DNA of 21,775 nucleotides from a virus (Duplodnaviria; Heunggongvirae; Uroviricota; Caudoviricetes): IMG/VR virus record IMGVR_UViG_2565956731_000002; one strand, 5' to 3'. Shown piece by piece: positions 21,482 to 21,775 of this stretch (position 1 is its first letter; each line of letters starts with the position of its first letter). The notes under the pieces were generated by a model. It saw only the letters and a program-made list of their open reading frames with translations, ran no database searches and was not told where the DNA came from. The position numbers and the translations under genes were made by a program.

Positions 21482-21775
21482 ATGGATATAAGCCCCTTAC
21501 TTCATGCACTTTGTGCTGTGGCTGCGCAGATACTGGTTGGTCTTTTTACCGGAAACTGGGCTTACGGAGCGATAGCCGGTTGTACGTTCTTCATTGCGCG
21601 TGAACATACCCAGGCAGAATATCGCTGGATTGAAATGTTCGGGCATGGCAAGCGAATGAATATGCCGTGGTGGGGCGGTTTTGATCCGCGAGCTTGGGAT
21701 GTGGCAAGCCTGATGGATTTTGCTGTGCCGGTGGTGGCGTGTCTGCTGGTCTGGCTGTTGGTTAATCGTGGGTGA
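21482..21775 (+). CDS. Small hypothetical membrane protein (97 aa, two predicted hydrophobic helices)
   Basis: GGAGG ribosome-binding site before the ATG; hydrophobic segments LLHALCAVAAQILVGLFTG and FAVPVVACLLVWLLV; stop at 21773..21775. Confidence 0.5.
   Translation: MDISPLLHALCAVAAQILVGLFTGNWAYGAIAGCTFFIAREHTQAEYRWIEMFGHGKRMNMPWWGGFDPRAWDVASLMDFAVPVVACLLVWLLVNRG

Overview
This window is a heavily decayed lambdoid (DLP12/PA-2-like) cryptic prophage segment, read left to right as: integrase, IS911 with a nested IS110-family element, O/P replication module, two cargo genes, nin region, Q, porin, holin, an endolysin-J fusion and a hybrid side tail fibre. All calls come from reading the sequence and the supplied ORF translations against remembered protein families; no searches or computations were run. 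The integrase (1..1127, minus) is split by a frameshift in a G5 run. IS911 (about 1248..3865) replaces the whole immunity/early region and abuts the second codon of a start-less, frameshifted O gene whose origin iterons are still intact; P is intact. Between P and the nin region sit two convergent cargo genes: a 1423-aa intimin/invasin-type inverse autotransporter with near-identical internal DNA repeats, and a secreted GDSAG-type esterase. The nin/Q block (ybcN-like, ninE, ybcO-like, rusA, ylcG-like, Q) and an intact NmpC/Lc-type porin with an IpeX-like 3' UTR follow. An S21-type holin is followed by the first ~65 codons of a SAR endolysin fused in frame to an almost full-length J, so the Rz, terminase, head and tail genes are deleted. 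The window ends with a hybrid side tail fibre carrying a lectin-like C-terminus and two small unknown ORFs. The most interesting candidates are the adhesin/esterase cargo pair, the repeat array in the adhesin, the nested IS110-family element with its likely bridge-RNA region, and the tail-fibre-linked small genes.
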